NCBI GenBank assembly: GCA_964605355.1
Contig: CAZSCE010000003.1
Coordinates: 1-55,667, forward strand
Reading direction: 5' to 3'
Source of the DNA: an uncultured Candidatus Saccharibacteria bacterium
Lineage (GTDB): Bacteria; Patescibacteriota; Minisyncoccia; Phycocordibacterales; GWA1-40-21
Length of the DNA stretch: 55,667 nt
Shown piece by piece: positions 1-7,845 of this stretch; the first letter of the stretch is position 1; each line of letters opens with the position of its first letter. A program made the translations under genes and the position numbers. The notes under the pieces are model-generated. The model did no database searches. It saw only the letters and a list, made by a program, of their open reading frames with translations, and was not told the origin of the DNA.

Positions 1-57
1 CGAACCAACGACCTTCTCCTTAAAAGGGAGCTGCTCTACCAGCTGAGCTATTGGCGG
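1..57 (-). tRNA. tRNA-Lys(TTT), 3' end cut off by the window edge
   Basis: Reverse complement reads CCGCCAA-TA-GCTCAGCTGGTAGAGC...CTTTTAA (anticodon loop)...GTTGGTTCG. Confidence 0.9.
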
Positions 58-113
58 AATGAGAAAAATATAACAAAATTAAGCCTAAATGTCCAATTTA
101 TATCAGGCTTTAA

Positions 114-527
114 TTAGAGGACGGGGATATCTACCGCAAAGAGGCCGGCGCCAGTGAGGATGAGGGAAGCGCAGATAGCCACAATTAAAAGGTAAAAAAC
201 AAAATCTCTTTTTAAGATTGATTCTTCTCGATACTCAATAAATAGTTCCGTAAAGGCAATTACTCCCAAAACTAAGGCGGAGATTTGGGTATAAGCGCCG
301 GCAATTAAAAGTAAACCACCAATAATTTCTACAATTCCTAAAAGGCCGGTAAAAAATCCTGCTGGGCGCAAACCTAAAATATTCATGGAGCTAATCCAGC
401 CTGGTTTTTCTTTACCCAATTTTAAATAACCTAAATTTAAAAATATAAAACCCACAACTATTCGTAAAATAAAAGGGGCAATGAGTGATAGGGAGATTAA
501 TTCTGGAAAAGCATTAAATGTTTGCAT
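114..527 (-). CDS. DoxX family membrane protein
   Basis: LRIVVGFIF...G..K, EIIGGLLLIAG and GAG.FAVD motifs; 4 TM segments. Start moved to ATG 527, which follows TGA-TATAAT-N6. Confidence 0.8.
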   Translation of the reverse strand: MQTFNAFPELISLSLIAPFILRIVVGFIFLNLGYLKLGKEKPGWISSMNILGLRPAGFFTGLLGIVEIIGGLLLIAGAYTQISALVLGVIAFTELFIEYREESILKRDFVFYLLIVAICASLILTGAGLFAVDIPVL

Positions 528-686
528 ACTCACATTATATCATATTATGTCACGTACCATAACACCTTTTTGGAGTGCGCATAATTTCCTGCTGAAAATT
601 TGCTCTCTCTCGGCTACCCGCCTGCGAAGCCTCCTAAAAGGTATTATGCTGCGTGACAAGGTAGATTTTTAATGTAATATAGAAAT

Positions 687-1163
687 ATGAAAAAGAGGGA
701 AGTGATTGTAATTTTAGATAATATCCGGAGCACCTTTAATGTAGGCTCCATTTTCCGAACGGCTGATGCCTTGGGCATAAATCAGCTTATTTTGAGCGGT
801 ACTACACCAGCCCCTACGGACCGGTTTGGCCGGGCGCGGGCGGATATTGCCAAGGTGGCCTTGGGGGCAGAGAAAAGTGTGCCCTGGGTGTATGAGAAGG
901 AGGCCTTGATGGCGGTGAAAAAAATAAAAAAAGCGGGCTATAAAATAATTGCGGTGGAGCAGGCTAAAAATTCCGTGGATTATAAAAAAGTAAAAATTAC
1001 CGGCAAGGTTTGTTTTGTGATGGGGGAGGAGGTATCCGGTGTGAATCCGGAAATTTTAAAATTGGCTGATACAGTGGCCGAGATCCCAATGCTTGGGCAA
1101 AAAGAATCATTAAATGTCTCTGTAGCCTTTGGTGTGTCTCTGTTTCGAATTCTAAATATTTAA
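687..1163 (+). CDS. TrmH/SpoU family (SPOUT) RNA methyltransferase
   Basis: LDNIRS.FNVGSIFRTADA, GEE..G and IPMLG.KESLNVSVA motifs. Confidence 0.93.
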   Translation: MKKREVIVILDNIRSTFNVGSIFRTADALGINQLILSGTTPAPTDRFGRARADIAKVALGAEKSVPWVYEKEALMAVKKIKKAGYKIIAVEQAKNSVDYKKVKITGKVCFVMGEEVSGVNPEILKLADTVAEIPMLGQKESLNVSVAFGVSLFRILNI

Positions 1164-1194
1164 AGTATTAAAAATACAGCGGTTTCCACAAAAT

Positions 1195-1331
1195 AAAAGA
1201 CCGCTTAACTATTCCTTTTTCTTTGCACGATAATAATTTTGTCGTCTCAAAATTATTTCTCTACTCCCTCGATTTTCTACTGAAAATCTCAGTCCGTAAG
1301 GCACGAAAAAGCAATAATTAATCGGTCTTTT
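1195..1331. repeat. Structured palindromic element, family D, copy 1
   Basis: Arms AAAAGACCG...CGGTCTTTT; 56-nt and 28-nt blocks identical to 24515-24647. Confidence 0.85.
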
Positions 1332-1354
1332 TAAATCCGAAACGGTTTCATTTT

Positions 1355-1480
1355 AAATTAAATGTAGCAAGAATATAGTGCTAGAGGAGGCTTGGGAGCG
1401 CGACGGCGCGAGCACGAGGAATTTTTTAGTAAAAAAATATCCGTGCTCCGGTTAGTACTATATTTTGCGGAGTTTAATTT
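1355..1480. repeat. Long branched palindromic element (family E, single copy in window)
   Basis: AAATTAAA/TTTAATTT, GCAAGAATATAGTGCTA/TAGTACTATATTTTGC and GAGCACG/CGTGCTC stems; TTTTTT-AGTA-AAAAAA apical hairpin. Confidence 0.7.
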
Positions 1481-1486
1481 ATCACC

Positions 1487-2389
1487 TTACTTCTGACACA
1501 CGGGACAGTAATGGGTGCCGCGGCCGGCGTGTTTAATTTTTAATATGAGAGAGCCGCACTTTTTACATTTCTCATCTTTACGGCCATAAACCAAGAGGTG
1601 GGGGACAAAGCCACCAGGCTCACCAGTACTACGCAAATAATTACGGGAAGAAGTGCCTTTTTTCTGAATAGAGAGTATTAGTACCGCAATAATGTTTTTA
1701 TACAGAGCCACCACCTCATTTTCTTTTAAGGTTTTAATTTTTCGAAAAGGTAGAACTCCCGCCATATGTGCACTCTCATCCGCATAAATATTACCAATAC
1801 CGGCAATCAGTTTTTGATCCAGTAATACCTGCTTCACTGTTCTGTTTGGATACTTTTCTAAAATATTTTTGAAGTTCGCAGGTGCGAACTTGCTGGATAG
1901 GGGCTCAATTCCAATTTCCGTCTCCAAATACTTTTTTAATTTATCATCCATTATTCTCACCCAGCCAAATTTGCGTAAATCATTAAAATAAAGTTTTGAA
2001 CCATCTTCAAAACTAAAAATCAGGCGAGTGTGATTGTTTTTAATAACCAAAGGCAAAGTAGTAAAATTTTTCGCGCTTAACCCTTCCCTGAGTACAGGGT
2101 GGGCTCCGACGCGACTCAAAATTTCACTACTTTGCCTTTGGTAGATAAGCTGCCCAGTCATTTTTAAATGAATAAGTAAGCTGATATTATTATTTAAGCT
2201 AATAATTAGCATTTTGGCCCGCCTCTCTACATTTATAATTTTTCTCCCCACAATTATTTTTTTAAAATTATTTGGAGTAGTGGGGGACACTGTTTTAGCC
2301 CATAAAACTTCCACATCAGAAATAATCCTATTTTTAAGGCTTTTATTAAGCTCCCTTTTTATTGTCTCCACCTCTGGTAATTCCGGCAT
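1487..2389 (-). CDS. mutM: Formamidopyrimidine-DNA glycosylase (Fpg) carrying an in-frame palindromic segment
   Basis: MPELPEVET start, HLKMTG, D.RKFG, GIGNIYADE, C-terminal CxxC...CPVCQ zinc finger. Confidence 0.97.
   Translation of the reverse strand: MPELPEVETIKRELNKSLKNRIISDVEVLWAKTVSPTTPNNFKKIIVGRKIINVERRAKMLIISLNNNISLLIHLKMTGQLIYQRQSSEILSRVGAHPVLREGLSAKNFTTLPLVIKNNHTRLIFSFEDGSKLYFNDLRKFGWVRIMDDKLKKYLETEIGIEPLSSKFAPANFKNILEKYPNRTVKQVLLDQKLIAGIGNIYADESAHMAGVLPFRKIKTLKENEVVALYKNIIAVLILSIQKKGTSSRNYLRSTGEPGGFVPHLLVYGRKDEKCKKCGSLILKIKHAGRGTHYCPVCQK
2046..2142. repeat. Palindromic element family C, in frame inside mutM
   Basis: About 25-bp inverted arms ACCAAAGGCAAAGTAGT.../...ACTACTTTGCCTTTGGT around core CCCTTCCCTGAGTACAGGGTGGGCTCCGACGCGA, shared with 25553-25645. 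Confidence 0.85.
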
Positions 2390-3645
2390 TATAGTTTGGC
2401 AATTTCCTCCTCAGCCACTTTAGCATCACTCCATACTTCCTTCACACCATTTTTGCGCATTATATATGGGTCCGTGCCTTTGCCGGTGATCAGTACAATA
2501 TCACCCGTCCGGGCCAGCTTTATAGCCGCAGAAATAGCCTCGCGTCTGTCCATAATAATATTTGTTTTTTCTTTACTAGTATGTTTTGCCATATCCTCCA
2601 CAATCTCTCGTGGCTCATCATCATAGGGATCCTCATCCGTTAAAATTATTTCCGCACAATATTTATCAGCCATCTCGGCCATTTCTTTTCTCTTCCATTT
2701 ATCTCGGCCACCGCCGCAGTTTCCTAAAACACAAATTTTCTTTTTCTCCGGGAAAGTAGAGTACAGGGCTTTTAAGGAATCCGGGGTGTGGGCATAATCC
2801 ACCAGCACTTCTATTCCTAAATTATTAGGAATCTTTTGGGCACGTCCTTTTATTTCTTTTAATTTTTCCAAACCAGCCTTGATACTTTCCATACTGATGC
2901 CCAGGGCGCGGGCATAAGCAATAGCGGAGAGCATATTATAAACATTAAATTTACCAGGCAAGGGAGAAAGTATTTTGGTATCCTCACAGGTAAAATTTAC
3001 ACCATTATCATGGCAAATAATTGGTTCACCATCCTTCAGAGAGTAGGGGGCTTTTTTCTCCACATTTATATTTAAAAATTTGTGGCCTTCTCTGTCATCA
3101 ATATTAGCGGCAATTATTTTTCCTTTTTTAGGGGAAGTTTCCAGGGCGTGGGCAATACTTAATTTAGCTTCTAAATATTTATCATAAGAACCGTGGGATT
3201 CTATATGCTCTGGCGCTAAATTGGTAAAAATAAGCGCATCCAGGTCAATAAATTTATGACGGAATTGTTTGGCTGCCTCGGAAGAAATTTCCAGCACGGC
3301 ATAATCACAGTGGGCATTTACTGCTTGGCGTAAAAATTTCTGGATAAAGAAACGGCCGGGCATGGTCATTTTATACATATTTGGTTTACTCTCATCCCTA
3401 ATTTTAAAACGCAAGGTGCCCGCCAGAGCGGTTACAAAGCCCGCTTCCTCTAAAATAGCATTTACAAATTCTACCGTAGAGGTTTTTCCTTTAGTCCCAG
3501 TTATAGCCACCACTTTTATCTTACGGGAAGGGAAGCGGTAAATTATTGCCCCTAAAAGAGCCATCAAATAATGATAAGCCGGCTGAAAGAAACCAAAAAT
3601 CCTCCGCGGAATCATTTTTTTTATTTGTCTCAATATCTTTTCCAT
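2389..3645 (-). CDS. murE: UDP-N-acetylmuramyl-tripeptide synthetase (MurE-type Mur ligase)
   Basis: ITGTKGKTS P-loop, FTNL.PEH, VDYAHTPD, G.CGGGRD, GKG motifs. Confidence 0.88.
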   Translation of the reverse strand: MEKILRQIKKMIPRRIFGFFQPAYHYLMALLGAIIYRFPSRKIKVVAITGTKGKTSTVEFVNAILEEAGFVTALAGTLRFKIRDESKPNMYKMTMPGRFFIQKFLRQAVNAHCDYAVLEISSEAAKQFRHKFIDLDALIFTNLAPEHIESHGSYDKYLEAKLSIAHALETSPKKGKIIAANIDDREGHKFLNINVEKKAPYSLKDGEPIICHDNGVNFTCEDTKILSPLPGKFNVYNMLSAIAYARALGISMESIKAGLEKLKEIKGRAQKIPNNLGIEVLVDYAHTPDSLKALYSTFPEKKKICVLGNCGGGRDKWKRKEMAEMADKYCAEIILTDEDPYDDEPREIVEDMAKHTSKEKTNIIMDRREAISAAIKLARTGDIVLITGKGTDPYIMRKNGVKEVWSDAKVAEEEIAKL

Positions 3646-3646
3646 A

Positions 3647-4216
3647 TTATTTTCCTAAATGTTTTAAGGCGGCTTTAACTCGTTGACTTGTGGTGAGCGA
3701 AGTCGAACCATCTATTTCCTGGAGGGCTTCACGGCTTTCTTTGTGTGAGTAGCCCAGGGATTTCAGGGCTTCTAGGGCATCTATCTCTTCTTTCATACCA
3801 ATATTTATTTCTTCATAAGTACCCAGTTTACCTTTTAGCTCCAGCACAATTTTATCAGCCATCTTTTTTCCCAAGCCGGATACTTTTGTCAGGTGGGCGG
3901 TTTCTCCAGTGGACACGGCCCGGCGGAGGGAATCTACATTGGCTACATTTAAAATATTTAAGGCAGTTTTTGGCCCCACGCCGGAGATGGTGTTTAATAA
4001 TTCAAAAAAGTCCAGCTCCTTTTTATCAGAAAAGCCGTACAGGTCCAGCGCATTTTCCCGCACGGCTAAATAAGTCCAGATCCGGGCCACATCATTTTCC
4101 TTGGTTTTGCTGACTAATTCTGTGGTGCTGAAAACTTTGTAACCTACACCATTTACATCAACAATCAGGAATTTGTCTGTTTTGTATATAATTTTGCCAT
4201 TTAACTGGGAGATCAT
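3647..4216 (-). CDS. ruvA: Holliday junction branch migration protein RuvA
   Basis: MISQLNG..DVNGVGY, VRE..LDLYGF, SGVGPKTAL, EAL.SLGY. Start at ATG 4216 after TGC-TATAAT-N6. Confidence 0.96.
   Translation of the reverse strand: MISQLNGKIIYKTDKFLIVDVNGVGYKVFSTTELVSKTKENDVARIWTYLAVRENALDLYGFSDKKELDFFELLNTISGVGPKTALNILNVANVDSLRRAVSTGETAHLTKVSGLGKKMADKIVLELKGKLGTYEEINIGMKEEIDALEALKSLGYSHKESREALQEIDGSTSLTTSQRVKAALKHLGK
3687..3712 (-). repeat. Short palindromic element family F (encodes GSTSLTT), in frame in ruvA
   Basis: GATGGTTCGACTTCGCTCACCACAAG, 25/26 identical to 6645-6670. Confidence 0.85.
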
Positions 4217-4271
4217 GAGGTGATTATAGCACATGTTGCTTTTTTACTCACCCTGTGTTAATCTCTCCCTT

Positions 4272-4538
4272 ATGCCTATAACATCATCAGCTAAAAAAGC
4301 TTTACGCGCTTCCAAACACAAAGCCGTTTTTAACCAAAAGAGAAGGGACGCTATTTCTGATATCGTCAAGAAAGCCAAGAAATTAATCACCGCTAATAAA
4401 ATCAAAGAAGCCGAGGCCTTGATGCCCGCTGCCTTCCAAGCCATTGATAAAGCTTGCAAGACTCATTTGATCCACAAAAATACCGCTTCCAGAAAGAAAA
4501 GCCGTCTGGCCAAAATGCTAGCCAAAGCCGCTAAATAA
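4272..4538 (+). CDS. rpsT: 30S ribosomal protein S20
   Basis: MPITSSAKKALR...IDKA.K..IHKNTASRKKSRL. Confidence 0.97.
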   Translation: MPITSSAKKALRASKHKAVFNQKRRDAISDIVKKAKKLITANKIKEAEALMPAAFQAIDKACKTHLIHKNTASRKKSRLAKMLAKAAK

Positions 4539-4547
4539 ATTTTAAAT

Positions 4548-4580
4548 AAAAAATCACCCGTCACAAACGGGTGTTTTTTT
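4548..4580. terminator. Intrinsic terminator (probably bidirectional) between rpsT and tRNA-Arg
   Basis: AAAAAAT-CACCCGT-CACAA-ACGGGTG-TTTTTTT. Confidence 0.8.
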
Positions 4581-4597
4581 ATTTATATTTTTTGCTG

Positions 4598-4669
4598 TGC
4601 CCCTGGCAGGAATCGAACCTGCATTTCTCCCTTCGCAGGGGAGTGTCCTATCCATTGAACGACAAGAGC
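4598..4669 (-). tRNA. tRNA-Arg(GCG)
   Basis: Cloverleaf GCTCTTG...CTCCC-CTGCGAA-GGGAG...GCAGG-TTCGATT-CCTGC-CAGGGGC-A. Confidence 0.93.
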
Positions 4670-4695
4670 AATGGGAAAACACTAACACAAAAAGG

Positions 4696-5154
4696 CTAAA
4701 ATCCCAAATACTCCATCACTTTGTGGGAGGCGGGTTCGGCGAGTTCTTTTTCTTCAATAAATTGACGGAGGACATCAGCCACTTCGTCAGCGCTTTCTTC
4801 ATGGACGGGGATAATAATGAAAGGCATCATAGCCTTCTTAGATTTTAAAATTAATTTTGGCTCGCCACCGCGGGTTTCCACCCAAAAAGCCTCCAGGGTT
4901 AAATATGGGTGCAAGTCTTTACCCACCACCACGCCACGTCTGTTAATTTCATAATTTACATCTTGGGGAATACGAATGGTATAAGAAATAAGAATACCGG
5001 CTGAAAGTAAAATCAAAACACCAAACAAAGCATTTTGATAAACAAAAGCCAATATTGCTATACAAACAGTAATAATTCCCACGGCCCAAAACCAATCCGT
5101 ACTTCTTTGGTAGTGATGATATTCCGGCGCACTCCATTTTAAAGAATCTTCCAT
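4696..5154 (-). CDS. Hypothetical membrane protein (2 TM segments plus small soluble domain)
   Basis: W.APEY...R..DWFW, two hydrophobic helices; TGA-TATAAT-N7-ATG upstream. Confidence 0.75.
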   Translation of the reverse strand: MEDSLKWSAPEYHHYQRSTDWFWAVGIITVCIAILAFVYQNALFGVLILLSAGILISYTIRIPQDVNYEINRRGVVVGKDLHPYLTLEAFWVETRGGEPKLILKSKKAMMPFIIIPVHEESADEVADVLRQFIEEKELAEPASHKVMEYLGF

Positions 5155-5197
5155 GGCAGTTATTATATCATATAATTAAATTTTAAGACAAAATAAA

Positions 5198-5311
5198 ACA
5201 ACCGCCCCGTCCAGCAGACTGGACACCCCTCCTCAACTGAGAGAGGGGGTCTGATTCAGACTCCCTCCTGAGTCAAGGAGGGATGCTGAGTCGGCGAAGC
5301 AGGGCGGTTGT
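5198..5311. repeat. REP/MITE-like element family A, full copy
   Basis: Terminal inverted repeat ACAACCGCCC/GGGCGGTTGT with internal CCTCCT-N-AGGAGG-type hairpins. Confidence 0.85.
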
Positions 5312-5366
5312 CTTTAGGTGACAAGGTGGGGTGAGGTTGTGTTTATAATATGCTAATATATGAGGT

Positions 5367-6776
5367 ATGGAAAAGAATTTTACATTTGTAATCATGGGGG
5401 TGACGGGGGATTTGGCTAAACTCAAGCTTATTCCCGCTATCTATAATTTACTAAAGCTAAATCCCACCATGCGGGTTTCCCTTATTGGCACTGCGCGTTC
5501 GGACACCACCATCCAATCAATTTTAGATGAATCAAAAAAACTTATTTCTAATTTAGACACGGCGGTTTGGAATAAATTATATAATTCTGCTCACTATGTG
5601 CGCCTAAACTTTGATAATTTCGCAGATTTTGAAAATCTGCGCGCTAAAATATTAGAGGTTGAAACTCAGAATAATTTATCTGGTAATAGATTATTTTATT
5701 TAGCCACCCTGCCGGAGCATTTTGAAGCCGCCACTATTAATTTAGCCAAAGCGGGTTTGGTAAACTGTAAAGATAATAAATGGGAGCGTGTATTATATGA
5801 GAAACCTTTTGGGGAGAGTCTGGCTTCAGCTAAACAAATAAACAAAACGATTGATAAAGTTTTTGCGGAGGAAAATGTGTATCGCGTGGATCATTATCTA
5901 GGCAAGGAACTGGTGGGGAATATTGCTCTTCTGCGTTTTACCAACCGGATTTTGGAGCCGTTATGGAATAATAAAAATATAGATTCCGTGCAAATTATTT
6001 GTGATGAGGACTTTGGTATAAAAAACCGGGGTAATTATTATGATAAATACGGCGCCATAAAAGATATTTTGCAAAATCATATTCTGCAAATGCTTTCTTT
6101 GCTGGCCATGGAGTCACCAAAATTTATTTCCGGGGAATATTTGCGAAATGAAAAAGTAAAAGTTTTAAAGGATACAAAAGTGGTGGATATATTACTGGGC
6201 CAGTACGAGGGTTATGATAAGGAACCAGGGGTCAAGCCGGATTCCAAAACGGAAACATTTTTTGCGGCTAAACTAACTGTAAATAATAGGCGCTGGCGCG
6301 GGGTGCCATTTTTTGTTCGAGCCGGCAAGAATTTAAATAAAAAAGAAACCGTTATTCATATTCGGTTTAAACCGGTGGATTGTTTACTGGCTAAAACTTG
6401 TCCGTCTGATAATAATTATTTGACTATCCGGGTACAGCCTAATGAAGGATTTTCTTTTGAGCTCAATTCCAAATCTTTAAGAAAGGGTTTTGAGGTGGAA
6501 ACCGTGGATATGGAATATTGTCACTCCTGTGAGCATGGTCTAAACACACCGGAGGCTTATGAAGTGTTGCTAGAGCAGGCTATTGCGGGGGAGCAGGCGC
6601 TCTTCGTGCGTAATGATGAGGTGGAGTTAGCTTGGAAAATTGTGGATGGTTCGACTTCGCTCACCACAGGTAAAGATGGTAAAAAAGTAGTTTATAAGTA
6701 TCCTATTGGTAGTTCTGGACCAAAAGAATTGGCCGACTGGAATAAGAAGAATAATATTACATGGAAACAAAAATAA
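5367..6776 (+). CDS. zwf: Glucose-6-phosphate 1-dehydrogenase
   Basis: G.TGDLA, EKPFG, RVDHYLGKE, RW.GVPFF.RAGK. Confidence 0.97.
   Translation: MEKNFTFVIMGVTGDLAKLKLIPAIYNLLKLNPTMRVSLIGTARSDTTIQSILDESKKLISNLDTAVWNKLYNSAHYVRLNFDNFADFENLRAKILEVETQNNLSGNRLFYLATLPEHFEAATINLAKAGLVNCKDNKWERVLYEKPFGESLASAKQINKTIDKVFAEENVYRVDHYLGKELVGNIALLRFTNRILEPLWNNKNIDSVQIICDEDFGIKNRGNYYDKYGAIKDILQNHILQMLSLLAMESPKFISGEYLRNEKVKVLKDTKVVDILLGQYEGYDKEPGVKPDSKTETFFAAKLTVNNRRWRGVPFFVRAGKNLNKKETVIHIRFKPVDCLLAKTCPSDNNYLTIRVQPNEGFSFELNSKSLRKGFEVETVDMEYCHSCEHGLNTPEAYEVLLEQAIAGEQALFVRNDEVELAWKIVDGSTSLTTGKDGKKVVYKYPIGSSGPKELADWNKKNNITWKQK
6645..6670 (+). repeat. Family F element in frame in zwf (DGSTSLTTG)
   Basis: GATGGTTCGACTTCGCTCACCACAGG. 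Confidence 0.85.
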
Positions 6777-7681
6777 TAAACAGCAAGATTGGTTTTATTG
6801 GGCTAGGGCGGATGGGGGCAAATATGGTTTTTAATTTATTGGATAAAAAATATCCAGTGGTGGTTTATAACCGAACTCAGGAGAAAATGGCGGAACCGGT
6901 GGCGGCGGGGGCCACACCTTCTTCTTCTATTTCTGAATTAGTAAAACTTTTATCGGAGAAAAAAGTGGTCTGGCTCATGGTAAATGCTGGGGAGGCGCTG
7001 GATGCCGTACTCGCTGAACTCACTCCGCTTTTAAAAGAGGGGGATATTGTGGTGGATGGTGGAAATTCATATTATAAAGATTCACAAAAGAGATATGCTG
7101 ATTTGAAAAAGCTAGGTATAAGTTATATGGACTGTGGAACTTCCGGTGGTATGGGGGGAGCCAGACACGGAGCTTGTCTCATGATTGGTGGTGATAGAGA
7201 AAGTTTTGATTATATAAAAAATGTTTTTACAGATTTAGCGGGTGGACCGGAAGCCTTTGCTTACCTTGGTGGATCCGGTTCCGGACATTATGTAAAAATG
7301 GTTCATAATGGTATTGAATACGGTATGATGTCAGCGCTAGCAGAAGGCTTTGAAACGATAAAAAATTCCGATTTAAATATTGATTTAAAAGAAGTGGCCA
7401 AAGTATATTCTCACGGCAGTATTGTGGAGAGTAAACTGATGAGCTGGCTCTCCGAGGCTTATAATGAAGAAGGATATTTAGATGCTATTTCCGGTAATGT
7501 GCCAAAAGGGGAGACTGAGGAGGAGATGAAGAAACTGGATGAGGCGGCGGTGATGCCCAGCCTGACTAATGCCTTAAAAGTAAGGGAAGAATCCCGGGCA
7601 AAGCCGTCATACACCGGCAAACTCATCTCCGCTATGCGTAATAAATTTGGCGGGCATAAAGTGAATAGAGAGGAGAAATAA
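6761..7681 (+). CDS. gnd: 6-phosphogluconate dehydrogenase, decarboxylating (short form)
   Basis: GLGRMG, VDGGNS, D.GTSGG, GHYVKMVHNGIEYG, MRN.FGGH. Confidence 0.95.
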   Translation: METKIINSKIGFIGLGRMGANMVFNLLDKKYPVVVYNRTQEKMAEPVAAGATPSSSISELVKLLSEKKVVWLMVNAGEALDAVLAELTPLLKEGDIVVDGGNSYYKDSQKRYADLKKLGISYMDCGTSGGMGGARHGACLMIGGDRESFDYIKNVFTDLAGGPEAFAYLGGSGSGHYVKMVHNGIEYGMMSALAEGFETIKNSDLNIDLKEVAKVYSHGSIVESKLMSWLSEAYNEEGYLDAISGNVPKGETEEEMKKLDEAAVMPSLTNALKVREESRAKPSYTGKLISAMRNKFGGHKVNREEK

Positions 7682-7685
7682 AACA

Positions 7686-7717
7686 AACGGCTCAACGGCA
7701 GGGCCCGTTGAGCCGTT
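7686..7717. repeat. Hairpin element family B, copy 1
   Basis: AACGGCTCAACGG-N6-CCGTTGAGCCGTT; second copy at 33575-33607. Confidence 0.85.
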
Positions 7718-7723
7718 GCTTAA

Positions 7724-7774
7724 ACAACCGCCCCGGTTCGCCGACTCACCACCCCTCCTCAACTGAGGAGGGGA
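7724..7774 (+). repeat. Family A half-element
   Basis: ACAACCGCCCC...CACCCCTCCTCAACTGAGGAGGGG. Confidence 0.8.
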
Positions 7775-7845
7775 TTTGGTGGAAGTACTACGCACTACTA
7801 TTATTACTTGAAATACTCTGTTTTTTATGTAATTATTCAGAGCAC

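Noticed and set aside
1195-1480. CRISPR array or riboswitch in the trmH-mutM intergenic region
   Set aside because: No regularly spaced direct repeats with unique spacers and no cas genes. The region lies between convergent 3' ends, so it is not a 5' leader.
4597-4848. 83-aa ORF MPLAGIEPAF...
   Set aside because: Antisense translation of tRNA-Arg(GCG) and of the neighbouring gene.
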